Shown in pieces: positions 48,293-58,300 of a stretch of DNA of 64,000 nt. A model generated the notes under the pieces. It did no database searches. It was not told where the DNA came from and saw only the letters and a list, made by a program, of their open reading frames with translations. Location: IMG/VR virus record IMGVR_UViG_3300047160_023228; one strand, written 5' to 3'. The stretch comes from an uncultured virus (IMG/VR IMGVR_UViG_3300047160_023228). Its lineage: Duplodnaviria; Heunggongvirae; Uroviricota; Caudoviricetes. The position numbers were made by a program, and so were the translations under genes. Numbering within the stretch: position 1 is the stretch's first letter; each line of letters starts with the position of its first letter.

Positions 48293-49456
48293 TTACTTCT
48301 CCAGCCGCATCGGCATCACAACGTAGTCGAGATGATCCCCTTCGGCGGGATCGGCGGAGAACATCAGCGCGCTTTGGTTGGTATCCGGCAAGCAAATGCG
48401 GACATCGCCGGATAGGAGCTTGAACAGGTCCAACAGGTATTCGCCGTTGACGCCAACCGAGAACGGCTGTTTGGGTGTACCTTGGCAATCCACCGTCTCG
48501 CGGGCTTCGCCGCTCTGTGCGTCCGATCCTTCGAGGGTGATCTCTTTATCGAACGTGAGTTTGACGCTGCAGGAACGTTCATCGCTGAGCAATAGGCAAC
48601 GTTCCAGGCTTGAGCGGAGTTCGCCGGCCTTCGCCGTGATCACCGTATTGTTCTTCGGCACAACCGCTTCCCAATTGGGAAATGGCCCGGCAAGTTTCTT
48701 GTGCGCCACGTGAACCGGAGTCTCACCCGGCAACGCGGCGATGATCTGTTGATCGTCGAAGGTGACATCCACGCCGCCATCGGAGAGCATCGGCAACAGG
48801 GCCTTGACCATGCCGGCTGGGATCAGGAGGTTCTTGAGCTTGTCTTCACAGGAGATCGAATAGATCATCATCGTGTGCCCGTTGGTGGCCACGAACTTCA
48901 GGTGCGATCCATCTCCCACGGCCAGAATGCCGTTGAGCGTGTAGCGGCTGGCTTCCTTGCTCACGGCGATCTGTGCGAAGCGAAGCGCGCGGGCAACACC
49001 CTCCTGGTCAAGCGTGATGGCGCCGCCATTGGCTTCGAACGAAATCTGCGGCCATGAACCAACACCCATGATCGGAAGCACGGCGCGGGCACGGGCGCAT
49101 TGCAGCGTTGCCCGGCGATCCGTGAGGCTGAGCTTCACTTCATCGCCCGTGAGAAGCTTCGTCCAATCGAGCAGTTTTTCCGCGGGGATCACCACAGGCT
49201 TATCGATGGTGGTGGATTCGGGAACCGCGGCGCGGATGGCCAGGTCAAGGTTGGTGGCTTCGAGGATCAGGCCCGCCGGCGTCTGTTCCACCTTGACGCA
49301 GGTCAGAATCGGGATGGTGGTTTTGCGCTCGATGGCCGCCGAAACAGTCTTGAGCGCGTGTTTCAAATTGGAGAGAGATACGGTGGCCTTCGAGGGCGCG
49401 GATTCCGGCTTGTCAACCGTTGCGGCCTCGGGCTTGTCTGTTACCGCTGTTGCCAT
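48293..49456 (-). CDS. dnaN: DNA polymerase III beta sliding clamp homolog
   Basis: KTTIPILT, ATNLD, SRYTLNG, ATNGH, FPNW..V.P, YVVMPMR. Confidence 0.9.
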   Translation of the reverse strand: MATAVTDKPEAATVDKPESAPSKATVSLSNLKHALKTVSAAIERKTTIPILTCVKVEQTPAGLILEATNLDLAIRAAVPESTTIDKPVVIPAEKLLDWTKLLTGDEVKLSLTDRRATLQCARARAVLPIMGVGSWPQISFEANGGAITLDQEGVARALRFAQIAVSKEASRYTLNGILAVGDGSHLKFVATNGHTMMIYSISCEDKLKNLLIPAGMVKALLPMLSDGGVDVTFDDQQIIAALPGETPVHVAHKKLAGPFPNWEAVVPKNNTVITAKAGELRSSLERCLLLSDERSCSVKLTFDKEITLEGSDAQSGEARETVDCQGTPKQPFSVGVNGEYLLDLFKLLSGDVRICLPDTNQSALMFSADPAEGDHLDYVVMPMRLEK

Positions 49457-49460
49457 GCTT

Positions 49461-49788
49461 GCCTTCTTTCGAGGGTTGAGGGTTTACGTTGCGGGGGAGG
49501 GCCGGTGGTTTAGCGAATCGGCGCCGGGATATCGGCCCCATTGATCTTTCGCTTGAGCGAAATCGCTTCGCCGTCCTGCTGTTCCAGGCGGTCTTCATCG
49601 ATCCAACGGCCTTCGGTGAAATCGCCTTCCTTCTTGACGGGCGGCTGTACGAGGTACTGAGAGCAACCCGTGATGTAGGTAGTGAAGCCGGTCACGGTTC
49701 CGGTGAAACCCGTGATCTTGTCTTTTACCTTCAAGCCGAACTGAATGTTCTGTGCTGCCATGTCGCCTTCTTTCGAGGGTTGAGGGTT
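49461..49788. repeat. 24-bp direct repeats flanking an 83-aa gene
   Basis: gccttctttcgagggttgagggtt at 49461-49484 and 49765-49788. Confidence 0.85.
49510..49761 (-). CDS. hypothetical phage protein
   Basis: VKDKITGFTGTV…ITGC..YLVQP…WIDEDRL. Confidence 0.78.
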   Translation of the reverse strand: MAAQNIQFGLKVKDKITGFTGTVTGFTTYITGCSQYLVQPPVKKEGDFTEGRWIDEDRLEQQDGEAISLKRKINGADIPAPIR

Positions 49789-49797
49789 GTGGTTGAA

Positions 49798-50217
49798 TCA
49801 AGCCGCATCGGGAACGATCAACAGTTCCATCTCGATCAGCTTTCGTGAGAGCCGGTCCAATGCGGCCGGAAACTTGTAGGCCATCGTGCGCGCGGCCATC
49901 CCCAGGAGCTGCGCGGCTTCGGCCTGGGTATACTCCTGAATCACCACGCGGTTGAGGATGTCTCTATCCAGCGAGGGGAGCTTTTCGATGGCGCGTTCCA
50001 TATCGCGCACAAAGATCACCGCGTCTTCGAACGAATGGATCGGGCGGCTTGAAACCCATCCGCCATCGTTGGGGTTCTGCAAGGTGGATGCGGTTCGGCT
50101 GGTTTGCATCGCGGCGTAGAAGTAACGCCGCAACAGGCCATGCGCCTGGGAGCGGTAGAACTGTACCGCCATCTCATCCACCATCTCGGGGATCGTGAGC
50201 TTCTTTTGCTTTGCCAC
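49798..50217 (-). CDS. sigma70 region-4-like HTH regulator
   Basis: IEKLPSLDRDIL…YTQAEAAQLLGM..RT; TAGTG coupling. Confidence 0.72.
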   Translation of the reverse strand: MAKQKKLTIPEMVDEMAVQFYRSQAHGLLRRYFYAAMQTSRTASTLQNPNDGGWVSSRPIHSFEDAVIFVRDMERAIEKLPSLDRDILNRVVIQEYTQAEAAQLLGMAARTMAYKFPAALDRLSRKLIEMELLIVPDAA

Positions 50218-50420
50218 TACGCACCTGCCTCGGCCAACTTCCAATTGGCGAACTTGCCTTTGCGGGTGGGGCGCCCGCGCATCTTGCGGGTTTCTGGCGT
50301 CGGGAAGTTCTTGAGCAGCGTTTCGCACGCGGCGCAATAAGCGGATTGCTGAGTGACAGGCCGCGTGAAGATCGAACCGCACGCCTCGCAGATTTTGAAT
50401 TCCACCGAGATATCGGTCAC
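50217..50420 (-). CDS. small zinc-ribbon protein
   Basis: CEAC…CAAC. Confidence 0.65.
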   Translation of the reverse strand: MTDISVEFKICEACGSIFTRPVTQQSAYCAACETLLKNFPTPETRKMRGRPTRKGKFANWKLAEAGA

Positions 50421-51052
50421 AGCGCGGCCACCTTTCGTTCCGCGCGGCGCGCATTGTTGAGCGCGTGGAAGCGGCGAAGAAATTCCACTTCGGCCCGATC
50501 CGGACCCATGGGGTAGATCGTCTTCGGCAACACGCCGTCATGCCAGGTGGCGCCGTGCATCAGGTCCCGCATTTCGGTGTTGAGCAGGATGCGATCAGCG
50601 GCCTTCACCGCCGGCGGTTCCGGGCCGCACAGATCGAAGCGGTGGGCGATGGCTTCCATCAGGTTGTGTTCGAAGCCGCGGTAGATATCGCCGATCCCCG
50701 GCGTGCGCTTGATCGGGCTTGGCATGTCGCACAGGTACGCCTCGGACGCATCGTGCATCAGGCCCCACAGCGCGATTTCGCGGGCATAGGGAACGCGCAT
50801 CGATGCGGGCCAATCCCTTACCGCGGTCATGGCCAGGCGAACCGCAAGGGTGCTCACGTACAGGCTGTGTTCGGCCACCGAATAGAAGCAATAGGTGTGC
50901 CCGGTGAAGCGTGCGACCAGGGAGAGCGCGTGCGCGATATCGTCAATGTCGATATCTTCCGGTTGCGGATTCAGCGGCCAGAACTTCCGGCCGGTATAAG
51001 TGCGGATGTAATTCGAATCGGTGCGTTCGATCTTGGTGGCCTCGGAGATCAT
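50417..51052 (-). CDS. HD-domain 5'-deoxynucleotidase-like (YfdR type)
   Basis: IDDIAHALS..RF.GH, YSVAEHS, LMHDASEAYL.D...PIK. Confidence 0.88.
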   Translation of the reverse strand: MISEATKIERTDSNYIRTYTGRKFWPLNPQPEDIDIDDIAHALSLVARFTGHTYCFYSVAEHSLYVSTLAVRLAMTAVRDWPASMRVPYAREIALWGLMHDASEAYLCDMPSPIKRTPGIGDIYRGFEHNLMEAIAHRFDLCGPEPPAVKAADRILLNTEMRDLMHGATWHDGVLPKTIYPMGPDRAEVEFLRRFHALNNARRAERKVAAL

Positions 51053-51456
51053 CAACATGCCAGGGCTGCCTTTCTTTCTTGCCATGCCAGGCGCACGCTC
51101 TCGGCGATCTTTGCCCGGTGGTGTTCGGGAAGATGGTTGCTATTGCGGGCGCGGCGTAGCTTCGGCCTTCCGCCCGCGGAACCCAACATGAGGTTGTAGC
51201 CGTTCTCAACCGTGTTGAATTCGCGGATAAACTTGCGTTCCATCTGATTCAGCCGGCGTTGGCAATCGGCTTCGCCCAGGCAGACCACTTCGAAGACATC
51301 AAAGCCAAATTGGCGCATGTCCCGGTAAAGCGGCCAATCGTAGCGGCCGATGCGCGCTTCGGTTCGGTGCTGGCGCCAACGGGCCTCGACGGTGCGCGTG
51401 GTTTTGCCCACGTAGCACTTACCGTTGACTCGATTTCGAAGCAGATACACGTTCAT
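51052..51456 (-). CDS. GIY-YIG nuclease (NUMOD3-like tail)
   Basis: VYLLRN.VNGKCYVGKT…R..QH…E…NGYN; EHHRAKIAES. Confidence 0.82.
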   Translation of the reverse strand: MNVYLLRNRVNGKCYVGKTTRTVEARWRQHRTEARIGRYDWPLYRDMRQFGFDVFEVVCLGEADCQRRLNQMERKFIREFNTVENGYNLMLGSAGGRPKLRRARNSNHLPEHHRAKIAESVRLAWQERKAALAC

Positions 51457-51721
51457 TGCGCTTTCCGTTGCCTTCGCGTTGCCGCATGAGTTCGGACACC
51501 AGGCCCGCGGTTTCGAGTTCAAGCCGGTGCATAATGTCCCGGATGGGCATCTGTGGATCGGCCGCAATCGCGGAATCGAACACGAAGCGGCCATCATCGT
51601 CAGGTGCTGCGCCGGCGCGAACAGCCACCACGAACAGGGCGCCCGAACCTTTCCTGATCCACTCGCACGCGCCCTCAAGCGAATGCCGGCTGGTGAGGTC
51701 CCATTTGCCGTTGTTGCTCAC
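51419..51721 (-). CDS. hypothetical protein
   Basis: GTGA coupling. Confidence 0.6.
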   Translation of the reverse strand: MSNNGKWDLTSRHSLEGACEWIRKGSGALFVVAVRAGAAPDDDGRFVFDSAIAADPQMPIRDIMHRLELETAGLVSELMRQREGNGKRNERVSASKSSQR

Positions 51722-52056
51722 GCCGCGGCCTCTTCTTTCCGGAGTTGCTTGATATCGAAGCCGTATTCGTGAAGCTTGCGGTAGAGGGTGGTTTTGCCGA
51801 TGCCCAGGAGCTTGGCGGCCAGGAGCGGGCCTTTGCGTTCGATGGCGTGCAGGATGGCTTTCTTTTCGAGAGCATCCAGGGGCACGATGCCGTCTTCGTA
51901 GTTGGTGGCATCGCCTTCGGCCTGAATGCGGGCCGGGACAAGTTCTGTCTTCAGCCGCGCGAGTTCCTGTTGCCGCTGCAGGATCAGGGCGCGCACCCGG
52001 ATCAGTTCGCTTTCGATCTGGTCAATGCGCTGGCACGCGCAACCGTGGGAACTCAT
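51718..52056 (-). CDS. Fis-like HTH protein with coiled coil
   Basis: LDALEKKAILHAI…AAKLLGIGKTTLYRKL. Confidence 0.82.
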   Translation of the reverse strand: MSSHGCACQRIDQIESELIRVRALILQRQQELARLKTELVPARIQAEGDATNYEDGIVPLDALEKKAILHAIERKGPLLAAKLLGIGKTTLYRKLHEYGFDIKQLRKEEAAA

Positions 52057-52382
52057 GCCGCGGCCTCTTCCTTGATGGCGCGATAGGACCACAGGCCGCT
52101 GGCGGGAGCGGTGCGCTGGCGTTCGATTTTCCATCCGCCGCGGCGCATGTCCCGAAGGCGGGCGGAGATCGACGTTTCCGATGCGCGAAGGCTGTACTGC
52201 TTCACCAGGTCCCTGGCGATCTTGGGAAGGGTGCGCCACTGTCCATCGCTCATCAGGTGGGCAACGCACGCGCGCTGTCCGGAGAGGCGGGCGCCGTCCT
52301 GTTCGGGCGAGAACGATTCGCCGAAGATGGCGGGCTGTTGGGCGGCCGGCGGGGCGATGTCAAAAAGGGCGAGGCTGTTCAT
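52053..52382 (-). CDS. winged-HTH protein
   Basis: DGQWRTL..I…SETSISARLRDMR. Confidence 0.75.
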   Translation of the reverse strand: MNSLALFDIAPPAAQQPAIFGESFSPEQDGARLSGQRACVAHLMSDGQWRTLPKIARDLVKQYSLRASETSISARLRDMRRGGWKIERQRTAPASGLWSYRAIKEEAAA

Positions 52383-52756
52383 CCGCGCACCGCCTTGGTG
52401 AACGTTTCCAGACTCATGCCCTCGTGAAACGGATGAGCGTTTAATGCACTATTCAGTTGGGAGGCTTTGTGGAGAAGCTTGCGGGCATTGCCGCGGCGCA
52501 CGGTATCGGTGGCCTTGCGCCACTTGCCGATGAAGATACCGGCGTCGGCGTGCTCGAAATCAGCCTGGAAGAGATAAAGCCGGGTTGCTCCGCAATCGAG
52601 GCAGGTCTGGCGGTTGTTGAACGGAAGGCTGAGATGGGAATGCCGGCACGGAAAAAAGAAATCGGCCAGGCGCGTCAGCACCGTTTGGAGGGCAGATCTG
52701 TACCCCGTTCGGGTTACTTCTGCCGGTGCTCTAAGAGTGAGGGCGGGGCTTTGCAC
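52379..52756 (-). CDS. first early-operon gene, Zn-binding hypothetical protein
   Basis: AAGGAG RBS; CRH…CLDCG. Confidence 0.65.
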   Translation of the reverse strand: MQSPALTLRAPAEVTRTGYRSALQTVLTRLADFFFPCRHSHLSLPFNNRQTCLDCGATRLYLFQADFEHADAGIFIGKWRKATDTVRRGNARKLLHKASQLNSALNAHPFHEGMSLETFTKAVRG

Positions 52757-52796
52757 TTGACAATCTCCTTGAAAAATCAGAAGATTGCCAAACGCG

Positions 52797-52873
52797 TGGT
52801 AGGCGGAGCCGGTGTGAATCCGGCAACCCCCGGCTTAGAAGGCCGGTGCTCTATCCGATTGAGCTACTCGCCC
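52797..52873 (-). tRNA. chimeric tRNA-Arg(UCU): host 5' part plus non-canonical phage 3' end, probably impaired
   Basis: GGGCGAG-TA-GCTC…GAGC-A-CCGGC-CTTCTAA-GCCGG-GGGTT-GCCGG-ATTCACA-CCGGC-TCCGCCT-ACCA; T loop not TTCRA; acceptor has an A.C mismatch and two G.U. Confidence 0.7.
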
Positions 52874-52909
52874 GCGTTCTTCCATTGTACTTTGAGTTCC
52901 GTAGCGAAC

Positions 52910-53452
52910 CTATCGGCTGCGCGCAATCACTTCAACAACCTCAGGCAGTGCCGCCGAAAGCATCCCGAGCGCATCCGACCGGCTGGAACCGCAGGCGGTC
53001 ACGTATAGGGTGATGCCCAGGCCCGGTCGATCAGGTGTGATGAAAGCGCGGCGGACGACGAAATCGGCGCGGCACTTGCGCAGCTGAATTGAGCGAAGAG
53101 CCGTGCACATTTGCCTGCAGCAGCGCTCCGCCAATGGGGGAGACGCCCAGTGCCGGCCGCTTCTCGGCAACATGTCGATGTAAGCGGCCATGGCACAAGC
53201 TACGCTTCCCTCGTCGGCATCGAGTTCGCACGGATCAAATTCTTCCACGTTCCACACGTCGCATTTTGAAGTCCAGACGTCTGACAGAGGCCCGTTTAGG
53301 CGGTTCAGCGCAGGCGCCAAACCGGGAAGCTGCGATCCTTCAGAGATCTCCGCAACCCGCGACGCATCGCTGCGCAGATCGACGAAACCCTCCCAGCACC
53401 CATCGATCACGGGCGATTCGCCGCCAATTTCCATTTCCCAGTCGGCTTCCAT
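52910..53452 (-). CDS. hypothetical protein
   Basis: MEADWEMEIG…WTSKCDVW; TGATG coupling. Confidence 0.72.
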   Translation of the reverse strand: MEADWEMEIGGESPVIDGCWEGFVDLRSDASRVAEISEGSQLPGLAPALNRLNGPLSDVWTSKCDVWNVEEFDPCELDADEGSVACAMAAYIDMLPRSGRHWASPPLAERCCRQMCTALRSIQLRKCRADFVVRRAFITPDRPGLGITLYVTACGSSRSDALGMLSAALPEVVEVIARSR

Positions 53453-54498
53453 CAGGGTTGGCCGGCAAACTGGAGAAGGTAGCGAATCACCGTAGATTCC
53501 GCCCAGTGAATATCGTCTCCAGGTTCTCCGCAGAGATAGGCGCAATGGCCGCCGTTGGGCGTCTCGATCAGCCGGATGTTCGGATTACGCAGGATCTCCT
53601 CGCGAGTCTTGGGAGTCACGCGAATGAAGGGGTCGTCGAGAGCGCGCAGGATCAGTGTCGGGAGCGCGATGCGGTCGATGACGCGCGCACTGGCCACGCG
53701 GTAGTAGTAGTCGTCGGCATCACGAAAGCCGCAATAGCGGGCAACAATTTTGTCGTCGAACTCGCGCAGCGAACGGACCGGCCCCACCCGCGGGTTCTTG
53801 TAAATATGCGGGAATAGCTCGGCTTTGCGGCGGAAACGGCGCATGAGGCGGCGCAGGAAGTGCCACTCATACATGCGATTTGCCAGCTCATGCAGCGCAT
53901 CGGACCCGGCCGCGAGATCGATCACCGGGCAGACGGTTGCCACGGCGCACAGCGGACGGCGCGTACCCCATTCGCCCGCCAGTTTCAACACCAGGTTGCC
54001 GCCCATTGAGTAGCCCACAAGCGCAACGCGCTCCAGCCCGAAGCGCCGCGTGTAGCGCTCCACTACGGCGCCTACATCGCCGGAAAAACCCGAGTGATAC
54101 AGTGTGGGTGTCAACGTGTCCGAGCCATTGCAGTTGCGCATATTCATGCGCACCACGTTGCACCCTGCCGCCCACGCGCGCGAGGTCAAGCCCCGGATGT
54201 AGCGCGAATCAGAAGAGCCCTCGAGTCCGTGGACCAGCACCAGCGTCAGGCGCCCGCTCATTTCAGGGCCGCGATGCCAGTGCGCGTGGCACAACACACG
54301 GCTTCCGTCGGCGGGGTCCACCTCCACTTCATCTGTCTCAAACGGAAGGCGGAATGCCCCGCGTGGCAGGAAATTTCCCACGATCGTCTGCACGTGCCCG
54401 TTTCTCAGCCCGCGACGCGGTGCGAAGGCGGTGAGCCAGTCCGCCGCGGACGGCAGAGTTTCTTTTGCAGTCAATTGGGCCGGGGAATCAGCGCTCAC
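53452..54498 (-). CDS. YheT-like alpha/beta hydrolase
   Basis: NGHVQT, HGLEGSS, GYSMGG, DDPF, GGH. Confidence 0.9.
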   Translation of the reverse strand: MSADSPAQLTAKETLPSAADWLTAFAPRRGLRNGHVQTIVGNFLPRGAFRLPFETDEVEVDPADGSRVLCHAHWHRGPEMSGRLTLVLVHGLEGSSDSRYIRGLTSRAWAAGCNVVRMNMRNCNGSDTLTPTLYHSGFSGDVGAVVERYTRRFGLERVALVGYSMGGNLVLKLAGEWGTRRPLCAVATVCPVIDLAAGSDALHELANRMYEWHFLRRLMRRFRRKAELFPHIYKNPRVGPVRSLREFDDKIVARYCGFRDADDYYYRVASARVIDRIALPTLILRALDDPFIRVTPKTREEILRNPNIRLIETPNGGHCAYLCGEPGDDIHWAESTVIRYLLQFAGQP

Positions 54499-55055
54499 CT
54501 AAAACCTTGGTTCAAGATGGATTGGTTCCAGGCGGCGCAGCACAAACGCTCTCCGGAACTTCTATCTCTATTTTAACGCACTGCAGACGGTGCCGATCAT
54601 GCGTGGCACCTTCTTCAAGATGGCTTATGCGGCTCGGGTGCAAACAGCCCGTAACCGGGCATGAATGCGGTGACCTACGCTCAAGATTGAACGATCTGCC
54701 GGGATCACTGGACACAACGCGCCATTCCGATACTTTACGGACCTGCACGTCATTTAGGAACATGTATCGCCTCCGCGAACTAGGTGCTCGAAAGGGTTAG
54801 ACTAACGCGATAACGGTGCGTCCCTTGGAATGCCGGAAACATTGCAGACATTGCGCACGTCTGTCTCGAAATCGGTGCGGTCATCCCATTTTGTAAACCG
54901 CTCAAAACGCTCTATATCCAGAATGCAATTTGAGGAGTTCCGGAGACTATAGATTTCAGAACATGAAGTTTCCGTCATTAGTTCGAATCTAATGTTCAAC
55001 TAATCTCCATCTAATTGACGATTTGGCATCCTGTGCACGGTGAGCAAACACCGGC

Positions 55056-55319
55056 ATGGGAGAAAAAATGTTCAGACAAAGCATTACGCGTTTACTTGGC
55101 CTGGTTCTGCTGATTACGACCCTGCTGGCGGGGAGCGAGTTTGGATTCGCCGCCAGGAAACCGATACCCGGCAGGAAAACTACAGATGCCGCCGGCCGCA
55201 CGCATGTGCGTCCCGCCGGCCGCATCTCGGACGCGCAGCGCCGCGCCGCAGCCCGGCAGCGCAGAACTGTTCGCGATCACTTCATGCGATCCATCAAGAG
55301 CAACGGGGGTCGCCAATGA
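55056..55319 (+). CDS. small exported basic protein
   Basis: Signal peptide, RISDAQRRAAARQR; ATGA overlap with the oxidase gene. Confidence 0.6.
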   Translation: MGEKMFRQSITRLLGLVLLITTLLAGSEFGFAARKPIPGRKTTDAAGRTHVRPAGRISDAQRRAAARQRRTVRDHFMRSIKSNGGRQ

Positions 55320-58300
55320 AGAGGGCGCTCGTTCTGATGTTGCTCGTCCTGTCCGCCGCGCTTGGATCGAGCCAGGCCCCGGACCCCGCCAAAAACCCCC
55401 ACTATTTCGGCCCCTATCCGAACTGGGCCAACAGCCCTCTGACCACCGTTGACGCGAGCATTCAATTGACTGATACATGCGGCAACGGCGCAGGAACGGG
55501 CGCCTCCGCGGTGGCATTGGTCGATTCCAAGGGCTCGATTACCGGCGTTACCGTTACCAGTCAAGGCGCGGGCTACACGTGCCCCCCCGATGTTTCCATT
55601 ACCAGCACCTACGGCAACGGCGCGGCCGCCCATGCAACGTTTGCGGCAACCTCGGGCTATATCAGTTCCATTAGCCTGGTGAATGGCGGCACCAACTACT
55701 TTGCGCCCGTAGTGGTCATCAACGGAAATGGCACAGGGGCCACGGCGGACGCCACGGTCGATCCATACAGCGGCGCGATCACCAGCATCTCGCTGACCAA
55801 CCCCGGCTCGGGATACACGTCGGCCACCATCAGCATTTCCGATGGCGGGGGCACCGGGACGGGCGCGATGGCCACGGCCACGGTGAGCACGTCCACGATC
55901 GGCGTTATTGTGGATGCGGCGGGCATCGGCTACAGAACGCCCGGCGGCTTGAGGAAGTTCGTCGATACGCTGCCCGGGCTCGGCCCGTCGGCAGCCAACA
56001 ATCTCGGACAGTATGTCTCTGTAGCGCACCCGGACACGACCACTTACCCGGGATCCGACTACTACGAAATCGCCGTGGTCGAGTACTCAAGGAAACTGCA
56101 CTCCGACCTCTCCCCCACCAAGCTCCGCGGCTACGTGCAGCTCAATAACGGCACCGACTCCAACGGTCAGAACACTATTGCTCCGGATGGCCCGCAGTTC
56201 CTGGGCGCGACAATCGTAGCGACCAAGGACCGGCCGGTGCGCATTCTTTTCCGCAACAATCTGCCAACCGGTGAGGCCGGCAACCTGTTCCTCCCGGTGG
56301 ATACGACCATGATGGGCGCCGGCATGGGTCCCGACATGGGCGGAATGAAGGAGACGGACAGCAGCAGCGTGTTTGACGGCGTCCGCAACCCGATGTGCGG
56401 CAATGCCGGCGCCAAGCCTATGGGATGCTACACCGAGAATCGCGCCACCCTGCACCTGCACGGCGGCCTGACCCCGTGGATCAGCGACGGCACGCCGCAC
56501 CAGTGGACCGTGCCCGCAACCGAGTCGACCATGTATGAGAAGGGCGTGAGCGTCAGCAACGTCCCCGACATGTGGTACGACGCGAATGGAGCCACACTTT
56601 CCGAGTGTGCCGGCCAGAATACCTGCGCAGTTGCCAATGCTACCAACAACCCGGGCAAAGGCGCTCTCACCTTCTACTACACCAACCAGCAGAGCGCGCG
56701 CCTGCTGTTCTATCACGACCACTCCTGGGGCATAACCCGCCTGAACGTGTATGCGGGCGAAGCCGCCGGCTATCTCATCACCGACAACACAGAAAAGACG
56801 CTCACCGCACCCGGCGGGGCGCTGGATGCTTCCGATCCCGCGCTTGGCCTGGGAATCCCGCTCGTGATTCAGGACCGCACGTTTGTGCCCAGTGCCGCTC
56901 AGCTTGCCACACAGGACCCCACATGGGATGCGGCGCGCTGGGGTACCGAAGGAGATTTCTGGTATCACCACGTCTACATGCCCGCGCAGAATCCTGCCGA
57001 TCCTACGGGCGCCAGCCCCTTCGGGCGCTGGATGTACGGGCCGTGGTTCTGGCCCCCGGCGAACCAGGCCACCACTCCCTACCAGCCCATTCCCAACCCG
57101 TACTACGATCCGGCCTGCGATCCGGCGAATGCGCCGAATGGCTTCTGCGAGCCGCCTATGATTCCCGGCACGCCGAACATCTCGGTGGGCATGGAGCAGT
57201 TCAACGACACCCCGCTGGTCAACGGCACGGCCTATCCAACAATGACCGTGGAGCCGAAAGCCTACCGCTTCCGCCTGCTCAATGCGGCCAACGACCGCTT
57301 CTTCAACTTGCAGTGGTACGTGGCCGACTCCAGCGGCACCGAAGTGGCGCTGAAGGCCTCTGATGTGGCGGCGGCACAGGTAGACCCAAACGTATTCCCC
57401 ACGCCCGACACCAACATCAGCCCCGCCGGCCCGAGCTGGCTCCAGATCGGCAGCGAAGGCGGATTCCTGCCTACGCCGGCAACCATTCCGAACCAGCCGA
57501 TCACGTGGATCACCGATCCCACGCGGTTCGATTACGGCAATGTGGACCAGCACTCGATGTTGATCGCTCCCGCGGAGCGCTCGGACGTGATCGTGGACTT
57601 CTCGAAGTTCGCGGGCAAGACGCTGATCCTTTACAACGACGCGCCTGCCGCGTTCCCCGCGCGCCAAGCCAGCTACGACTACTACACCGGCGATCCCGAC
57701 AATACCGACATCGGCGGCGCGCCCACGACTGTGCCCGGTTTCGGTCCGAACACGCGGACCATCATGCAGGTGAAGGTGGCCGGCACGCTTACCAAGGCCA
57801 GCGCCTTCAGCCTGTCCAAACTGGTCACCGCCTTCGCGCACAATGCCAATGGCACGGGCGTGTTCGAGTCCGGCCAAAACCCCGTCATTGTCGGCCAGGC
57901 CGGCTATAACCGCGCCTATGGCAGCACCTTCACTACCTCCGGCGATTGCTCAAACCCCAAGACCACCACCAAGTGCGACGGCTTCGCGCGCATCAACCTG
58001 CAGGGCGGGGACCTGTTCACGTTCGACACCCTTAGCGGCAAGAAGCTGTCCATTCCGCTGCAGCCGAAAGCGCTGCACGATGAAATGAACTCGACCACAT
58101 TTGACGAATACGGCCGCATGACCGCCAACCTCGGCGTGGAAGCGGTTCCGGCGAATGCGGGCGCACAAAACGTGGTTCTGTATCCCTACGTCAACCCGGC
58201 GACCGAGATGATCGACGGCACCAACCTGCCTTCAGCCTCGGGCATCAAGATCGCCCCGATCGCCACCGCCAACGATGGCACCCAGATCTGGAAGATCACC

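Larger units (their letters stand above)
10132..52854. mobile_element. lambdoid siphovirus-like prophage integrated in tRNA-Arg(UCU)
   Basis: 31-bp direct repeat caacccccggcttagaaggccggtgctctat at 10132-10162 and 52824-52854; terminase, portal, capsid, tail, lysis, replication and integrase genes between. Confidence 0.96.

Noticed and set aside
51718..52070. C-terminal EEAAA tails as ClpXP degrons
   Set aside because: Explained by the overlapping RBS and start of the next gene (gaggccgcggc-rtga); cannot be separated from a degron role
55040..55315. N-terminal extension of the oxidase ORF
   Set aside because: Signal peptide begins at 55316; the region is better explained by the 87-aa ORF
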